Below are positions 1 through 11,457 of a stretch of DNA of 64,000 bases, one piece after another. Position 1 is the stretch's first letter. Each line of letters opens with the position of its first letter. A program made the translations under genes and the position numbers. The notes below the pieces were generated by a model. The model did not search any database and was not told the DNA's origin. It saw only the letters and a list, made by a program, of their open reading frames with translations. The DNA is from Hormiphora californensis (taxonomy: Eukaryota; Animalia; Ctenophora): positions 3,224,001 to 3,288,000 of the forward strand of contig CM035357.1 of the NCBI GenBank assembly GCA_020137815.1, written 5' to 3'.

Positions 1-1461
1 AATATAACCACCCATTTTGAGCATACTGTTCGCGTATGCCATCGGCTTCACATCAGGATGAGGGACAGCTGCAAACGTCGTGAACTTGGGCACCAGATCC
101 GTCGTCAGGGTGATGAAGGCTCCTTTGTTACCCATTTGATCACAGTAGTTCGGTGCGGAGAAGACCGTGATACACTTACCATCGTGACTCACCTCATACC
201 CCTCATCTTTCACCTCGTGCGATCTGATCACATACCTCAGCTTGTTCCGTTCCAGGAAGTTAGATGTGATATCAGGTCCAAACTGGACCCCCACACCCCG
301 TTTAGAGGCACTCCGACCCTTGAAGGCCTGAGGATCTGACCAGAGAAGATCACACATGGCACCACTATCAGGTGGTTGCCGGTTCCTATCAATCCCCTCG
401 ATATCCTCCAACATGATCCCATCTTCCTGGAACAGTCCTCCATGTGTCACAAACACCTCACTGTTAATCACGTGACACAGCGGCAACCAGTTGAAAATCT
501 CCGTGAAGAATTCACTCATGTCCTTACTGTATTTCTCTTTCACCTCACCATCGAACCCGTAAATGTTGTTCATGTTGATGCTCTCGTGATTACCCCGGGC
601 CATGAACATACTATCCGGGTAAAGGAGCTTAAACCCAAACAGTGTGAATATCACCTCAACAGAGAAGGAGCCCCTGTCCACGAAAGTCGCCGTTGAAGAG
701 ATATGGGATTGTCCGGGGAGGGTGGTCCGTTAATCTCGAAGATGTTTAGGAGATCATAATACTGACCGTGGATGTCTCCACATACTGTGAATTTGTTGCT
801 TGCTGGGATAGTTATCCGAACCAGGGAGCACTGTGTCTCAAAGTATTTCTTGATGTTGATAAGCATTCCGTAGGCATATTTCCGGTGAAGAACCTTTTGG
901 TCTTTGTACCATCCCATCAACTCTTCCATGAACTGTGACGTGATTGTGAAGTTCTCGTCATCTAACCGTGGTCCCTTGTACGAATCTTCCACTACCATAT
1001 TCTCCAAATCCAAGCTCGTCCGCCACACTCTTCTTCAGACTGTCAACATTAATCGCCTTCTCAAACGCGATCCTTTTCACAATCTTGTCAGCACTCCTTG
1101 TACTTGAATCTGAGCGTCTTTGTCTTTGGGCATGGCCCGCCGGACGGTAGTCATAATCAGCCAGAGACTTCTTGTAGCGACCAAGAGCCATGTTAGCCTC
1201 GGCTCGGCGGTAGTACGCCTTCAGGTAGGTTCCGGTCCAGTTCGAGAGGCTTTGTCAGCGTCTGTAATGGCATAACCGAAAGCACTCTGTTCTGAGGTAT
1301 GCAAAGGATCGGTTTCCATAGAAGGCAGGGCACAACACCGTTCTTTTCTAATTGCTTTGGAGTACCATTCAATGGCGGATTGGTATTTCTTCTCCTTGAA
1401 AAACTGGTTCGCTGTAGCTTTGAACTGATCTGCCTCTTCTTCAGATGTTAGAGGACACCAT
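1..1461 (-). CDS. PPP5C: Ser/Thr protein phosphatase 5 (TPR + PPP catalytic domain); intronless, broken by several frameshifts in this sequence; stop lies outside the window
   Basis: Minus-strand pieces give TPR-like [32 protein letters not shown], then [18 protein letters not shown], the PPP motif [23 protein letters not shown] and the C-terminal [15 protein letters not shown] at 1461; the frame changes several times without GT-AG introns. Confidence 0.9.
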
Positions 1462-1507
1462 GCCTGCTAATGATGGATGTTGAACAGTTAGAATATAATG
1501 CTGAGAA

Positions 1508-1670
1508 AGGGGATGTTATATTTGTAGCGGGGGATGTTTAGAATTATCTGTAAGGATTAGGGGGATGTTTATAATTATCTGTAGGGATTAGGGGGGATGT
1601 TTAGAATTATCTGTAAGGATTAGGGGGATGTTTAGAATTATCTATTGGGATTAGGGGGTGATGTTAGAAT
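1508..1670. repeat. ~32-bp minisatellite (gggggatgtttagaattatctgtaaggattag), about 4-5 copies, between PTPA and PPP5C
   Basis: Direct tandem copies visible in the sequence. Confidence 0.85.
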
Positions 1671-2077
1671 GATCTGAGCTGTACAGACTCGACTACAGGG
1701 GGTGATCTGTTTTTTCAAACCCCCTTTTCTTTCATTTAAAAAGAAAAGTGGGTTTGAAAAAAACAAATCCATATATGGATAAATAAAATGGGTCATTGAG
1801 AATGGGATCACAGGGTTGGGCTTCAATAGGAGAGCTATCACATATAGGTTACATTGATACAAGAAGGAGAAAATGATATATGGACTGGGATAAAAACACT
1901 GAAAATCATTCGAAAAATTCGAAAAAATATCACATTTCAAACTTGAAAAACACACATGTAAAAGATAAGTCATTTCAATAATCCTTTTTTCACACCCCTC
2001 CTGACCACTAGGTGATTGATACGAAGTCTCAAGTCGACCCACCGGGACACTCCCGCACGGATGGGTAACTACCAACA

Positions 2078-3046
2078 CTAAGTGGGCGGAGGAAGGTTTA
2101 AAGGAGTAGCAGTAGTAGAGAACAGGGTTGATGGGGGTGGCTGGGGCTCAAACGGTAATAAGGAACCAAACTGGAAGTGCTGAATAACTGGCTGTTTGCA
2201 CAAAACTTCAGCTTTATACATTTTAATAAGTCCCTGGTTAACTTTGGTCCACGTTTTCACCGCTGAGATATTCCACAATTGGTTACTATGCTCAGCAAAT
2301 GGACCTCGCTTAACGTCATTAATAAACTTGATACACCCCAAAAACATGTAATTCTCGTGGTGTTTTGTCACCACTTCCTGAGCGACAAAATCACCCGGTG
2401 AGATAGAGGGATGTGCGATGAGTTGAGAGCTACCGAAGATAAAGGGAATGAACTGGTAATCATCCAGTCCCCAGACGCCCTGACTTCCGGCAGGTTCCAA
2501 CTTGTAATGTAGTTGTATCCTCCTCATTACAGAGAGATATTTCCGGAAAAGATGGAAGACAGTAGCCACGTGGTCACACTCACTAAACAGTCCTACTTTG
2601 TACAAGCAACAACAAAACGCAAGAAAGTTGATCTCGTGACCTGTTCCGTAGTCAATGCGAGTAAAATTCCCAAAACTATCATCAAAATAAACCTTCAACT
2701 CCACAATCCCACCCTTCTTATCCTCTGGTATCAATGCCTCTAACCAAGCCTGTGATTTAGCTACAATGGCTGCACCCAAAGTTTTAAATGCCCGATTTCC
2801 GAACCTCTGTTGCTGCTCCTCTAGCGGGATACCGTCGACCTCTTCCAAAACAAGATCCAACACTGCGGTCATACTCTTCACGGCATCGGATAGGCTGTAC
2901 TCAACTGTAAATGATTTCCCTCTGACGGAGGTGTTTAGTGTGGCGAGGAACCCCAGCAGCTCGTGATATGCTTTGGATTTCAGCCACAACTCGACGTCAT
3001 CCTGGGTCTTAACACGCCTCTCTGGTGTGCGGAACTCCTCTGACAT
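2078..3046 (-). CDS. PTPA: PP2A phosphatase activator (PTPA/PPP2R4/RRD), intronless, 322 aa
   Basis: Family motifs QRFGNRAF, SFGNFTRIDYGTGHE, YKLEPAGSQGVWGLDDYQFIPFIFGSSQL, GPFAEHSNQLWNISAV, GLIKMYKAEVL. Confidence 0.96.
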   Translation of the reverse strand: MSEEFRTPERRVKTQDDVELWLKSKAYHELLGFLATLNTSVRGKSFTVEYSLSDAVKSMTAVLDLVLEEVDGIPLEEQQQRFGNRAFKTLGAAIVAKSQAWLEALIPEDKKGGIVELKVYFDDSFGNFTRIDYGTGHEINFLAFCCCLYKVGLFSECDHVATVFHLFRKYLSVMRRIQLHYKLEPAGSQGVWGLDDYQFIPFIFGSSQLIAHPSISPGDFVAQEVVTKHHENYMFLGCIKFINDVKRGPFAEHSNQLWNISAVKTWTKVNQGLIKMYKAEVLCKQPVIQHFQFGSLLPFEPQPPPSTLFSTTATPLNLPPPT

Positions 3047-3350
3047 TCTAAAGAGGAGCAGTAGAGGAGAGAGAACTTTCTGAAGAGGGGAGGCAGGGGA
3101 GGAGATTAAATTCTAAAGAGAGGCGGAGGAGGAGAGTTGTCAATTCAAATTAAATTATACGTTGACGTAAAAAGCAATTTGATCACCAATTTAATAACAA
3201 ATGTACTCTGCTCTTTCAAAGAACTTCTTCGTATCTCAAGTCTGATAAAAAACTTGTATTGTTCATACGGAGTGCATACCATCACACAACTCAAATAAAA
3301 AAGTTTATGTCACCACCACAGCGCAGTACCAACACTGAACACAAATTCCA

Positions 3351-4364
3351 TCACCAGTTCCTTCTCGTCCTCCAGTCCATTAATGAATCATCCTCCATAT
3401 CACTGCTGTCACTGTCCTCCTCCATCTTCACATCGGTCTCCATTTCTACCTCCCCTTCCACCCCTTCCTCTTTCTTAACCTCATCCTTCACTTCGAACTT
3501 CAACTTTTCCTCCAGTGTGGTGATGTCTTCTGGACAAACGATCCCAGTGGTGACAGAGTCCTGTATTGATTCCACCCTGTAGTCCCACAGCTTCTGATCA
3601 ATCCCAATGTCTGCCTCTCGTTCCTCTCTGAGCTTTTGATCATCTTCTGCGAGAATGTCATTATACCGAACGTCCTCCGCCTCCATCTCATTCTGAAACT
3701 TCTCCCACTCCACCTCAGCCGGGTCTTTGTATTCTACTTTCCGGGCTTTGGCATCCGCTTTGGCATCGTCGAAGAAACCATCAGGTATTGCTGTTGTAGG
3801 TTTACTCCCTTCACCGGTATCACTTGCTTCCGTAGTTGCTTCAGATTCGTCCACCTCCACAGTTGGATTAATGTTTTCATCAAAGAATCCGGTGGGTAGG
3901 TTGGATTTTACTTCATCCACCTTCGCTTTCACTACTTCCTCATTTACCTGTTTGACCTTCGGGACAAAGCCCTCAGGTAACGTTGGCACAACTCTCGATG
4001 ACTTTTTCAGAATTCCTCTAGGCTTTTCTGGATCTTCAACTTCTGGCTCTGTTGTTCCTCCTTTTGGTTTCTGCTGTTCTTCAACTTTTGGTTTTTTCAA
4101 CGATCTTGGTGGGGCTTCCTGTTTGGGAGGTGCCCGTTTCACTGCCTTTCCGGGCTCCCCGTTGCCAGTATCGAGTTTACCGGACTTAAATAAAAGATAT
4201 TTGTCCTTGTGAGATTTTGAAGACAGGTGAACTTTCCATACGTTGGCATTTTTGATGAGCGAATTACAAAGCAAACAATAGAGATCCCCCTTGGAGTTGT
4301 ATTTAGCGAGAGGGTGGTCAACTTTGACATTTGCAGTGTTCGATTTCAGTTTGTTGAGCTTCAT
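3351..4364 (-). CDS. ZNF830: ZNF830/CCDC16-like zinc finger protein, intronless CDS
   Basis: VDHPLAKYNSKGDLYCLLCNSLIKNANVWKVHLSSKSH zinc finger, repeated LPEGFF/LPTGFFD/IPDGFFDD motifs, EWEKFQNEM coiled coil and the C-terminal DWRTR. The likely ATG at 4364 follows the acceptor ctttcctctcag. Confidence 0.9.
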   Translation of the reverse strand: MKLNKLKSNTANVKVDHPLAKYNSKGDLYCLLCNSLIKNANVWKVHLSSKSHKDKYLLFKSGKLDTGNGEPGKAVKRAPPKQEAPPRSLKKPKVEEQQKPKGGTTEPEVEDPEKPRGILKKSSRVVPTLPEGFVPKVKQVNEEVVKAKVDEVKSNLPTGFFDENINPTVEVDESEATTEASDTGEGSKPTTAIPDGFFDDAKADAKARKVEYKDPAEVEWEKFQNEMEAEDVRYNDILAEDDQKLREEREADIGIDQKLWDYRVESIQDSVTTGIVCPEDITTLEEKLKFEVKDEVKKEEGVEGEVEMETDVKMEEDSDSSDMEDDSLMDWRTRRNW

Positions 4365-4652
4365 ATCTGAGAGGAAAGTGGTTATCAGCAAACACATTTA
4401 ATCATACATTGTCACGGTGCTATGCTACTGCATACACAGATTTAACGATGGCGTAATTAAACCAAGGCCCAAGCGAGAAATTTGGCAAATGGCACGTACA
4501 CAGAGCTGAGATTTCTATGGAAGTTACACCTGAAGATAATGATACTTCAAACAAATTTAAGATTATGATTTAGTGGAATAAGCGCTTAGGCGTGCCATCA
4601 ATGTGAACGTATGCTGTCGCTGGTAGTTGCAGTATGCATCGAATTGATCAAC

Positions 4653-4898
4653 CACGCATGTAGGGGAAGGGGGGCAGGGTGCGCCATGGCCCCAGTACTT
4701 TTCAGGAAATGGCCCCAGTGCTTTTCATTATTAGACAAAACCTATGACTTTTTGGCCTAAAAACCGAAAAATTTTCTCGGGCTCCGCTGTCGCTTCGCCC
4801 AATCTATTCAAATTTTCAATAGAAAAGTTGATGTATGTCATATCACGTGACCAACAAAATTTGGCCCCACCATTTTCAAAACTTCCCCTACATGCCTG
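4653..4898. mobile_element. hAT-like MITE in the divergent ZNF830/CTDP1 intergenic region
   Basis: TIRs cacgcatgtaggggaag / cttcccctacatgcctg; 8-bp direct TSD tgatcaac on both sides. Confidence 0.8.
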
Positions 4899-5311
4899 TG
4901 ATCAACCGTTCGTCTTCTGTTGCACAGTCGTGTGCGGCTATTTTTGCCTTTAATTTAGACAGAGACGGCCGAACGGAGGAAAAATCTTCCAATTTTTGGA
5001 ATTTTTTTAAAAAACTTTTTGGGAAACATTTTTGTGAAAATTTTGGACAAATTTTTGGAAAGTAGGCTATACAGATACTTAAAATGCGCGGCATTAAATG
5101 GTGCCGGCTAAAAAATAATAGTTAACGCTGCATTAATGAACGCGCGCTTTGAAAAGATTCGAAAAATCCAAATTTCAGAAAGCGAACCTGCTCTTCAAAA
5201 ATCGCGCTGAAATCGAAGAATTCGCGTCTCCTACCACCCTGTTTGCCTCTCTGTCGACACCCACCTTTGCTTTTGCTTATCCTATTCTTTATTCACCAGA
5301 GGCATGTCATA

Positions 5312-7573
5312 ATGAATGTTTTAGAGCACAAGTTTACAGATGACATCACTTTGGTCCGCATGGTCGCAAAGCCTGGCAAGAAGATCCGATCACAAGGGGT
5401 CCTGTTCAGCTATCGATTAGCATCTAACCCCAAGAAAACTCTTACCCATCGTGCAACGGAGTTCCAAGTTGTCCAAGAAGTACTGGTGAGTTCTGGAAAT
5501 GTCGCCAACGGAACCTCAATCATCCGGTGTAAGGTGGGCTGCCTGCACCCTATCATCGCGTTTGGTCTTTGTTCGGTGTGTGGTCTGGATTTGAAAGACG
5601 ATGAATCAATCGAGAAGCAGAACAAAGTGTCCATGATCCATGCCATTCCCCAAGTGTCGGTCAGTGAGTCAGAGGCTTCAGAACTGGGTATGTCAGACAT
5701 TCGCAATCAGCTCAAACACAGAAAATTAACACTTGTCGTTGATCTTGATCAAACAATAATCCACACGTCCACAACAGATGATATTCCAGAGGGAATCCCG
5801 GGGGTGTTTAACTTTTTTCTCAGTTCCAAAAGGTTCCGTTATTCGACGAGAATCAGGCCAGGAACGGAGAAATTCCTCGATGAAATGAGTAAACTATATG
5901 AGATGCATGTTTTTACCATGGGGGCACGGGATTACGCAGATACAATAACCGCTGCCCTTGATCCCTCGAAACGTTACTTCTCCTCCCGTGTTCTCTCCCG
6001 AGATGAGTGCTTTGACAACCACTCCAAAGTCCCCAAACTCCAAGCCCTCTTCCCCAAAGGTGACAAACTTGTTGTGATCATTGATGATAGATTTGACATG
6101 TGGTCAAGTTGTCCCAACCTCATCAGGGTTCATCCTTATGGCTTCTTTGAAGATGTAGGGGATATAAACGACCCTCGGAAAAGGGGCGCTCGGGGGGCAG
6201 GCACCGCTCACAGTCGGGCTGCAGCAGCTTCCAGCTCCAATTCATCGGTTGCTCAGTTTAAAAAGAACAAACCCCTGACTCGGGACCATGCGGAATTTTG
6301 TTTTAAAACTGCTGCTACCAATGTTGACGTTGTTAACTCAATACCCAAACGAGCTGATGATGATGAAAGCGTGGATTTTGAGGAATCTTTAAAAATCCTC
6401 CGTACGTTACTCCTCGATGGTATGTTTGAACTTTCTATCCTCTTCCTCCGGTCACTTAAATCTCATGTCAAAGCAGATAGTGAGAAGGAAAAGGAGAAGA
6501 CTGCGGAGGAAGACCAGATGGAAACAGAAGAAGTAACCGGGGAAAGTGGAACAAATAAAGAAGAAGATTCTGGAGATGATGCAGAAAAGATAGTTAGAGA
6601 ACTGATCACCTCACCAGACGAGACATCTGCCCTATCTTCCTACTACATGAAATACATTGAAGAGGGAAAAGAGAGAACTGAAGAGCGGGCTGTCCTACAG
6701 AAATCATCCCCGCTCTACCGACTCTACTCGGCTCGAGCAGAACAGGACGGTGATAGGTATCTAGAGACATTATCTCGGTTACTACGTGAGATCCACGCCA
6801 AGTTTTACAGTTCCTACACCCCCGACATGGCATCAGACGTGACATCTCTACCCGATACCAAGGTGATAATGCCACAATTGAGACAAGTCTGGAAGGGTTA
6901 CAATGTTGTGTTTAGTGGTCTGATCCCCACTAATGTATCCCATCCTAAAAACCATCCTGTCTGGTGTGCGGCGTTACAACTGGGAGCTGATGTTAGTGTT
7001 ACTCTTTCTAAACAGGGGGACAAGAAGACGACCCACCTGGTAACATCCCGTGCTGACACTGGTAAAGTTCACCAGGCACTCAAGATGGGGATACCAATTG
7101 TGAGACCTGAGTGGTTGTGGGAATGTTTTAATGAGTGGAAGGATGTTCCTACTGGACCCTTTGAGTGGGAAGGGTTGAAAAAGAGGCCTGCTAGCAAGGA
7201 GGAGAGGGAGCAGTTTAGTAAGAGTGTGGGAGGGGAGGTTGCGCTGTTGGACCTCGCGGCTCAGGTAGACGAGGCGTTGGAGGAAGATGATGGGGAGGAA
7301 GAGAAAGAGGATGAGGAGGATGGGTATGGGTCTAGTTACTCCGGGTCTTCTTCCTCAGAGGTCGAGGAACTGGGAAGCAATGATCTAACAGGTGCACCCG
7401 AAACAAACCGAAAACGGAAACGTTCCGATAATAACAGTGATGATGAGAATTCAGATGATTCAGATGAAGACAATAATAATTCGTTAGAGGGGTCACTGTT
7501 GGATGAACTTGAAGCGGAGTTTACTGAACAGCTAGATGATGCAGCTGATGGTGAGAGTTTACAAACTTTATAG
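5312..7573 (+). CDS. CTDP1: RNA polymerase II CTD phosphatase FCP1, intronless
   Basis: CxH...CxxCG motif, FCPH catalytic LVVDLDQTIIHT, TRIRPG, MHVFTMGARDYA, RVLSRDEC, VIIDDR, a BRCT domain (VVFSGLIP...THLV...VRPEWLWEC) and an acidic tail. ATG 5312 follows an acceptor ending at 5299. Confidence 0.95.
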   Translation: MNVLEHKFTDDITLVRMVAKPGKKIRSQGVLFSYRLASNPKKTLTHRATEFQVVQEVLVSSGNVANGTSIIRCKVGCLHPIIAFGLCSVCGLDLKDDESIEKQNKVSMIHAIPQVSVSESEASELGMSDIRNQLKHRKLTLVVDLDQTIIHTSTTDDIPEGIPGVFNFFLSSKRFRYSTRIRPGTEKFLDEMSKLYEMHVFTMGARDYADTITAALDPSKRYFSSRVLSRDECFDNHSKVPKLQALFPKGDKLVVIIDDRFDMWSSCPNLIRVHPYGFFEDVGDINDPRKRGARGAGTAHSRAAAASSSNSSVAQFKKNKPLTRDHAEFCFKTAATNVDVVNSIPKRADDDESVDFEESLKILRTLLLDGMFELSILFLRSLKSHVKADSEKEKEKTAEEDQMETEEVTGESGTNKEEDSGDDAEKIVRELITSPDETSALSSYYMKYIEEGKERTEERAVLQKSSPLYRLYSARAEQDGDRYLETLSRLLREIHAKFYSSYTPDMASDVTSLPDTKVIMPQLRQVWKGYNVVFSGLIPTNVSHPKNHPVWCAALQLGADVSVTLSKQGDKKTTHLVTSRADTGKVHQALKMGIPIVRPEWLWECFNEWKDVPTGPFEWEGLKKRPASKEEREQFSKSVGGEVALLDLAAQVDEALEEDDGEEEKEDEEDGYGSSYSGSSSSEVEELGSNDLTGAPETNRKRKRSDNNSDDENSDDSDEDNNNSLEGSLLDELEAEFTEQLDDAADGESLQTL

Positions 7574-8204
7574 CGTTTTGTATTGTATCCCGGGGGAACA
7601 AGCCTTACCAGAATCAGGAAATACTGGTCCCTGATTGGCTGATAACCAGTCAAGTCACCTAAATATTGAGTTCTGATTGGTTGTTTACTTGTGTCGGGGG
7701 AACAAGTCATACCACCTGTCAATTCCTCCAGCTGGACACGATAATTTCATTTGCCTTTTATCCCGTGAAACGGTGAGGGGCGATAAGAAAAAGATGTGTG
7801 AGTTTCGTATAATGTTTACTTGTTATATATATTTTACTTTTTTGCCTGTCAGATCATACCTTTTCACTGGTATATAAAGTCACACTTTCTTTCTCAACTG
7901 CCAGTGGTATTTTATATTCCTCGATGGTATTTGGAAAATATATTGTTAACAAATAACAATATTAATCTGTGTGCGTCAACTGTTGTTTTTAATTTTCTCA
8001 AATTACCGAAAAATGTTTAAACCTTGTGTTTTCCCACCTGACGACATCTAATTGGTCCTATATTGCAGCTGTATCCAGCTCGTATTCCCTCTGTTCCTAG
8101 TTCCTATCAGATTTCTCATTTCTCTCAAACTAAATATCTCTATATCCCTCACTCTATCTCCCTCTCTCTATCTCCCTCTTTTTATCTCTCTCCTAAGTGC
8201 TGTA

Positions 8205-8716
8205 GCAATCTCACTTTCTATTCTCTCTCCTTCGCTAATATAATAATCTCACTTTCTCTCTCCTTCATTAGCGTACCAATCTCACTTTCTCTCTCCTTAA
8301 CTAATATACCAATCTCACTTTATCTCTCCTTCGCTAATATAATAATCTCACTTTCTCTCCTTCACTAATATAACAATCTCACTTTCTCTCTCTCCTTCAC
8401 TAACATACCAATCTCACTTTTTCTCTCCTTCACTAATGTTCCAATCTCACTTTCTCTCCTCAGCTAACGTACTAATCTCACTTTTTCTCTCTTTCGCTAA
8501 TGTACCAATCTCACTTTATCTCTCCTTCGATAATGTAATAATCTCACTTTCTCTCTCCTACACTAATGTAATAATCTCACTTCACCTCTCCTTCGCTAAT
8601 ATAACAATCTCACTTTCTCTCTCCTTCCTTAATATGCCAATCTCACTTTGTCTCTCCTTCGCTAATGTAACAATCTCACTTTCTCTCTCCTTAACTAATA
8701 CAACAATCTCACTTTA
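8205..8716. repeat. ~33-bp pyrimidine-rich minisatellite (aatctcactttctctctccttcactaatataac), ~15 copies; extra units near 9795-9860
   Basis: Tandem units visible in the sequence. Confidence 0.9.
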
Positions 8717-9214
8717 GGCAGGTAAATGAGGGTGTGACACCACAAGCTCTCTCCCTGATGTTACAAACCAACAAATGAGTAACAGCCCTCTAGATGGTAC
8801 GTATTCAATTATGTTGCGTTACTAATGGTGTTACTAATTTCCTTATTGGATACTAAATGTCAATGATAATGGTAACATTTGTATGTAGAAGAGAGCCGAG
8901 AGAGAGAGAGAGAGAGAAGGGGTTTTGGCAATTTGGACCACATGGCAATTGATAGTGGTCAATTATCAATGCAATTTCAATACTGAGAATACCAATGTGC
9001 TAAATAAACACCCGTAATAAATGTGCTGAAAAATATTCTGAGGCCCATTCTGAGAGGGTACCATTATACAATATTCTTATATTCTGAGAGGTACCAGGTG
9101 GGTGTGAGATAGAACGCATAATAAAGTGAGGTGTGTAAAGATCTGTCTGTCTGTCTCATATCTCAGTTCATCAAGATATATCTCGGCCATATCTCCTTTT
9201 CATCTCTCTCGATA

Positions 9215-9285
<71 letters not shown>

Positions 9286-9512
9286 ATCTCTCTCCCCCAC
9301 CTATATCTCATTTTGCATATCTCTATCTCATATCAGCAGGTGAGTGATATAGACTACCGTCTGCTTTGTATTACTATTCATCTCTCACTCTTTTCCTATG
9401 CATCTTAGATGACTTCGAAATATCTCTCTCTCTCTTTCTCTCTCTATCTCTTTCTCACTTTCTTTCCCTCTCTTTCCCTCTGTTCCCTTTCTAACCGTGC
9501 CCTAAAATGTAG

Positions 9513-9565
9513 GTCCTAAATCAAAACCATTTGCAGAGTCCGAAACTGAAGATCCACGTCAAGCC
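9513..9565 (+). other. Candidate non-coding (5' UTR) exon
   Basis: ctaac branch point at 9491, acceptor tgtag| and donor |gtgagt. Confidence 0.35.
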
Positions 9566-10052
9566 GTGAGTGTGGGTGTGAGAATTGGTGATGGGAGTGT
9601 GTGCAAAAGTTTTAGTTTTAACCTAAGAAATGAGAGAGAGAGGGATAAATTGAGAATGTGATAAGAGATATCTTTGAAAGTGATGGTATGTGACGTCATT
9701 CAGGGGGTACCCTAGATATATCTGATGAACTTCTAATCCCTTCTTTCTTTCAGGTAGGACCAAAGAGATAATGTAAGTAAAATATCTATGCACCAATCTC
9801 TCCTTCACTAATATAACAATCTCACTTTCTCTCTCCTTCACTAGCGTACCAATCTCACTAACGTATCTAGCGATCACATGCACAGTATGAACTAAACCCT
9901 CTTCCCTCGGGAGTCGGGCACCATTTCAGACAAATCTTCCTTCCCCTGACCCCCATTATTTTAATTTTTTTCAATTCAATCAATGCTCCCTTAACTAAAT
10001 TTTCATGCGAAGAAAATAAATGATTCGTACCCTAGTTTTTAGACCTTATTAA

Positions 10053-11330
10053 AGTAAGAGTGGCGTGCCGTGTTTTCTCACAAAACTTAGTGGATGAACG
10101 GGGAGTACCACCAGGACCATTGGTACGGTATCGAAAATTTCCAATTCTGTCTCGTTCATTAGTTATGACGTAATATATTCATTATTTCAACTTTTATAAA
10201 ATTGCTCTACAGAAAAATCTGTGCATTGTTGATTGAAATGGATGCTTGCATCGTGTTCAGCGTCAAAAAATAGCCGGGGTACCAAATTTTGGTGTCTCTA
10301 CCTTGTCTGTGACGCGAGATATTGACAAATGTAAAAAACAACCAAAATGGGTGAGAGAGAGTTTGTTATCTTTGGGTGCTAGTTGTTTGTGCGCGCCACC
10401 CAACTGTAACAAACTCTCTTTCTCTCACTTTGGTCGTTTTTGATAATTGTCGATATCTCGCGTCACAGACAAGGTAGAGACACCAAAATTTGGTACCCCG
10501 GCTATTTTTTGACGCTGAACACGATGCAAGCATCCATTTCAATCCACAAAGCACGGATTTTTCTGAAGAGCAATTTTATAAAAGTTGGGGGGGTCCAGCC
10601 CTAAAAAAAGCTAAAGGTACCCTGATTTTGGTCGATAGCGTTTTTTATTTTAGCTTTTTTTTAGCTTTTTTTAGCTTTTTTTAGCCCTACTTTTTATATT
10701 TTTTCAGCATTCATCTTGACACTTTTCCATTAAATTTTCATCCTTCCGGACGTCTATTGACTGCATTTGTTCATTTCCTGCACATTTTTTACCATAATCT
10801 ACCGTTTATGTCCATACATAGCAATTTCTGTATCCACCCCTACTGCCATTTTCTGGAAACATTTTTTCGATGAAAATATTATTCAAATTTGATAAAAATA
10901 GTTTTAAAAAAGTTCAAAAAACGTTATAAAACGTTATAATAAAAGTTTAAAAAATTTGGCGTCAGCGGGATTCGAACCTATATGAATCCACTAAAAACTC
11001 AATTTTAGCTTTTTTTAGCTTTTTTTAGCTTTTTTTAGCCTTAAAAAAGCTAAAAAAAAGCTAAAAAAAGCTAATAAAAGCTAAAAAAGCTAAAAAAGGC
11101 TAAAAAAAAGCTAAAAAAAGCTAAAAAAAGCTAAAGGTACCCTGATTTTGGCCGTTAGCTTAGCTTTTTTTAGGGCTGGACCCCCCCAAAAGTTTAAATA
11201 ATGAACATATTACGTCATAACTAATGAACGAGTCAGAATTGGAAATTTTCGATACCGTACCAATGGTCCTGGTGGTACTCCCCGTTCATCCACTAAGTTT
11301 TGTGAGAAAACACGGCGCGCCACTCTTACT
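10053..11330. mobile_element. Near-perfect palindromic MITE with TTAA flanks (Kolobok-like), interrupted by a nested MITE
   Basis: ttaa|agtaagagtggcg...cgccactcttact|ttaa; the arms are reverse complements over ~300 bp around a centre near 10380. Confidence 0.85.
10588..11187. mobile_element. Poly-G/poly-C-ended MITE with AAAAAAGCT subrepeats, nested in the TTAA element
   Basis: TIR ggggggtccagccctaaaaaaagctaa; TSD aaaagttg/aaaagttt. The intact opposite arm of the host shows the empty site. Confidence 0.85.
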
Positions 11331-11457
11331 TTAAACATGTTAAAGCTAATTTTCACCCTGGGTTGCAACTATGTTTTGCTCCCTATGTTGAATGTTCCTA
11401 CTGTATATCATTTCGAGGCCTTATCTTCCGGTTGTCCCAACATCCCATTCCAGGATA

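Noticed and set aside
1-1461. PPP5C as a pseudogene or programmed-frameshift gene
   Set aside because: Conserved motifs are intact and similar 1-base indels occur in the BEN gene, BTF3 copy 1 and SUZ12. Sequencing or assembly error is more parsimonious; raw reads would decide.
1638-2078. 146-aa ORF abutting PTPA
   Set aside because: Non-ATG start, AT-rich UTR-like composition, no recognisable motif, and it ends in a minisatellite.
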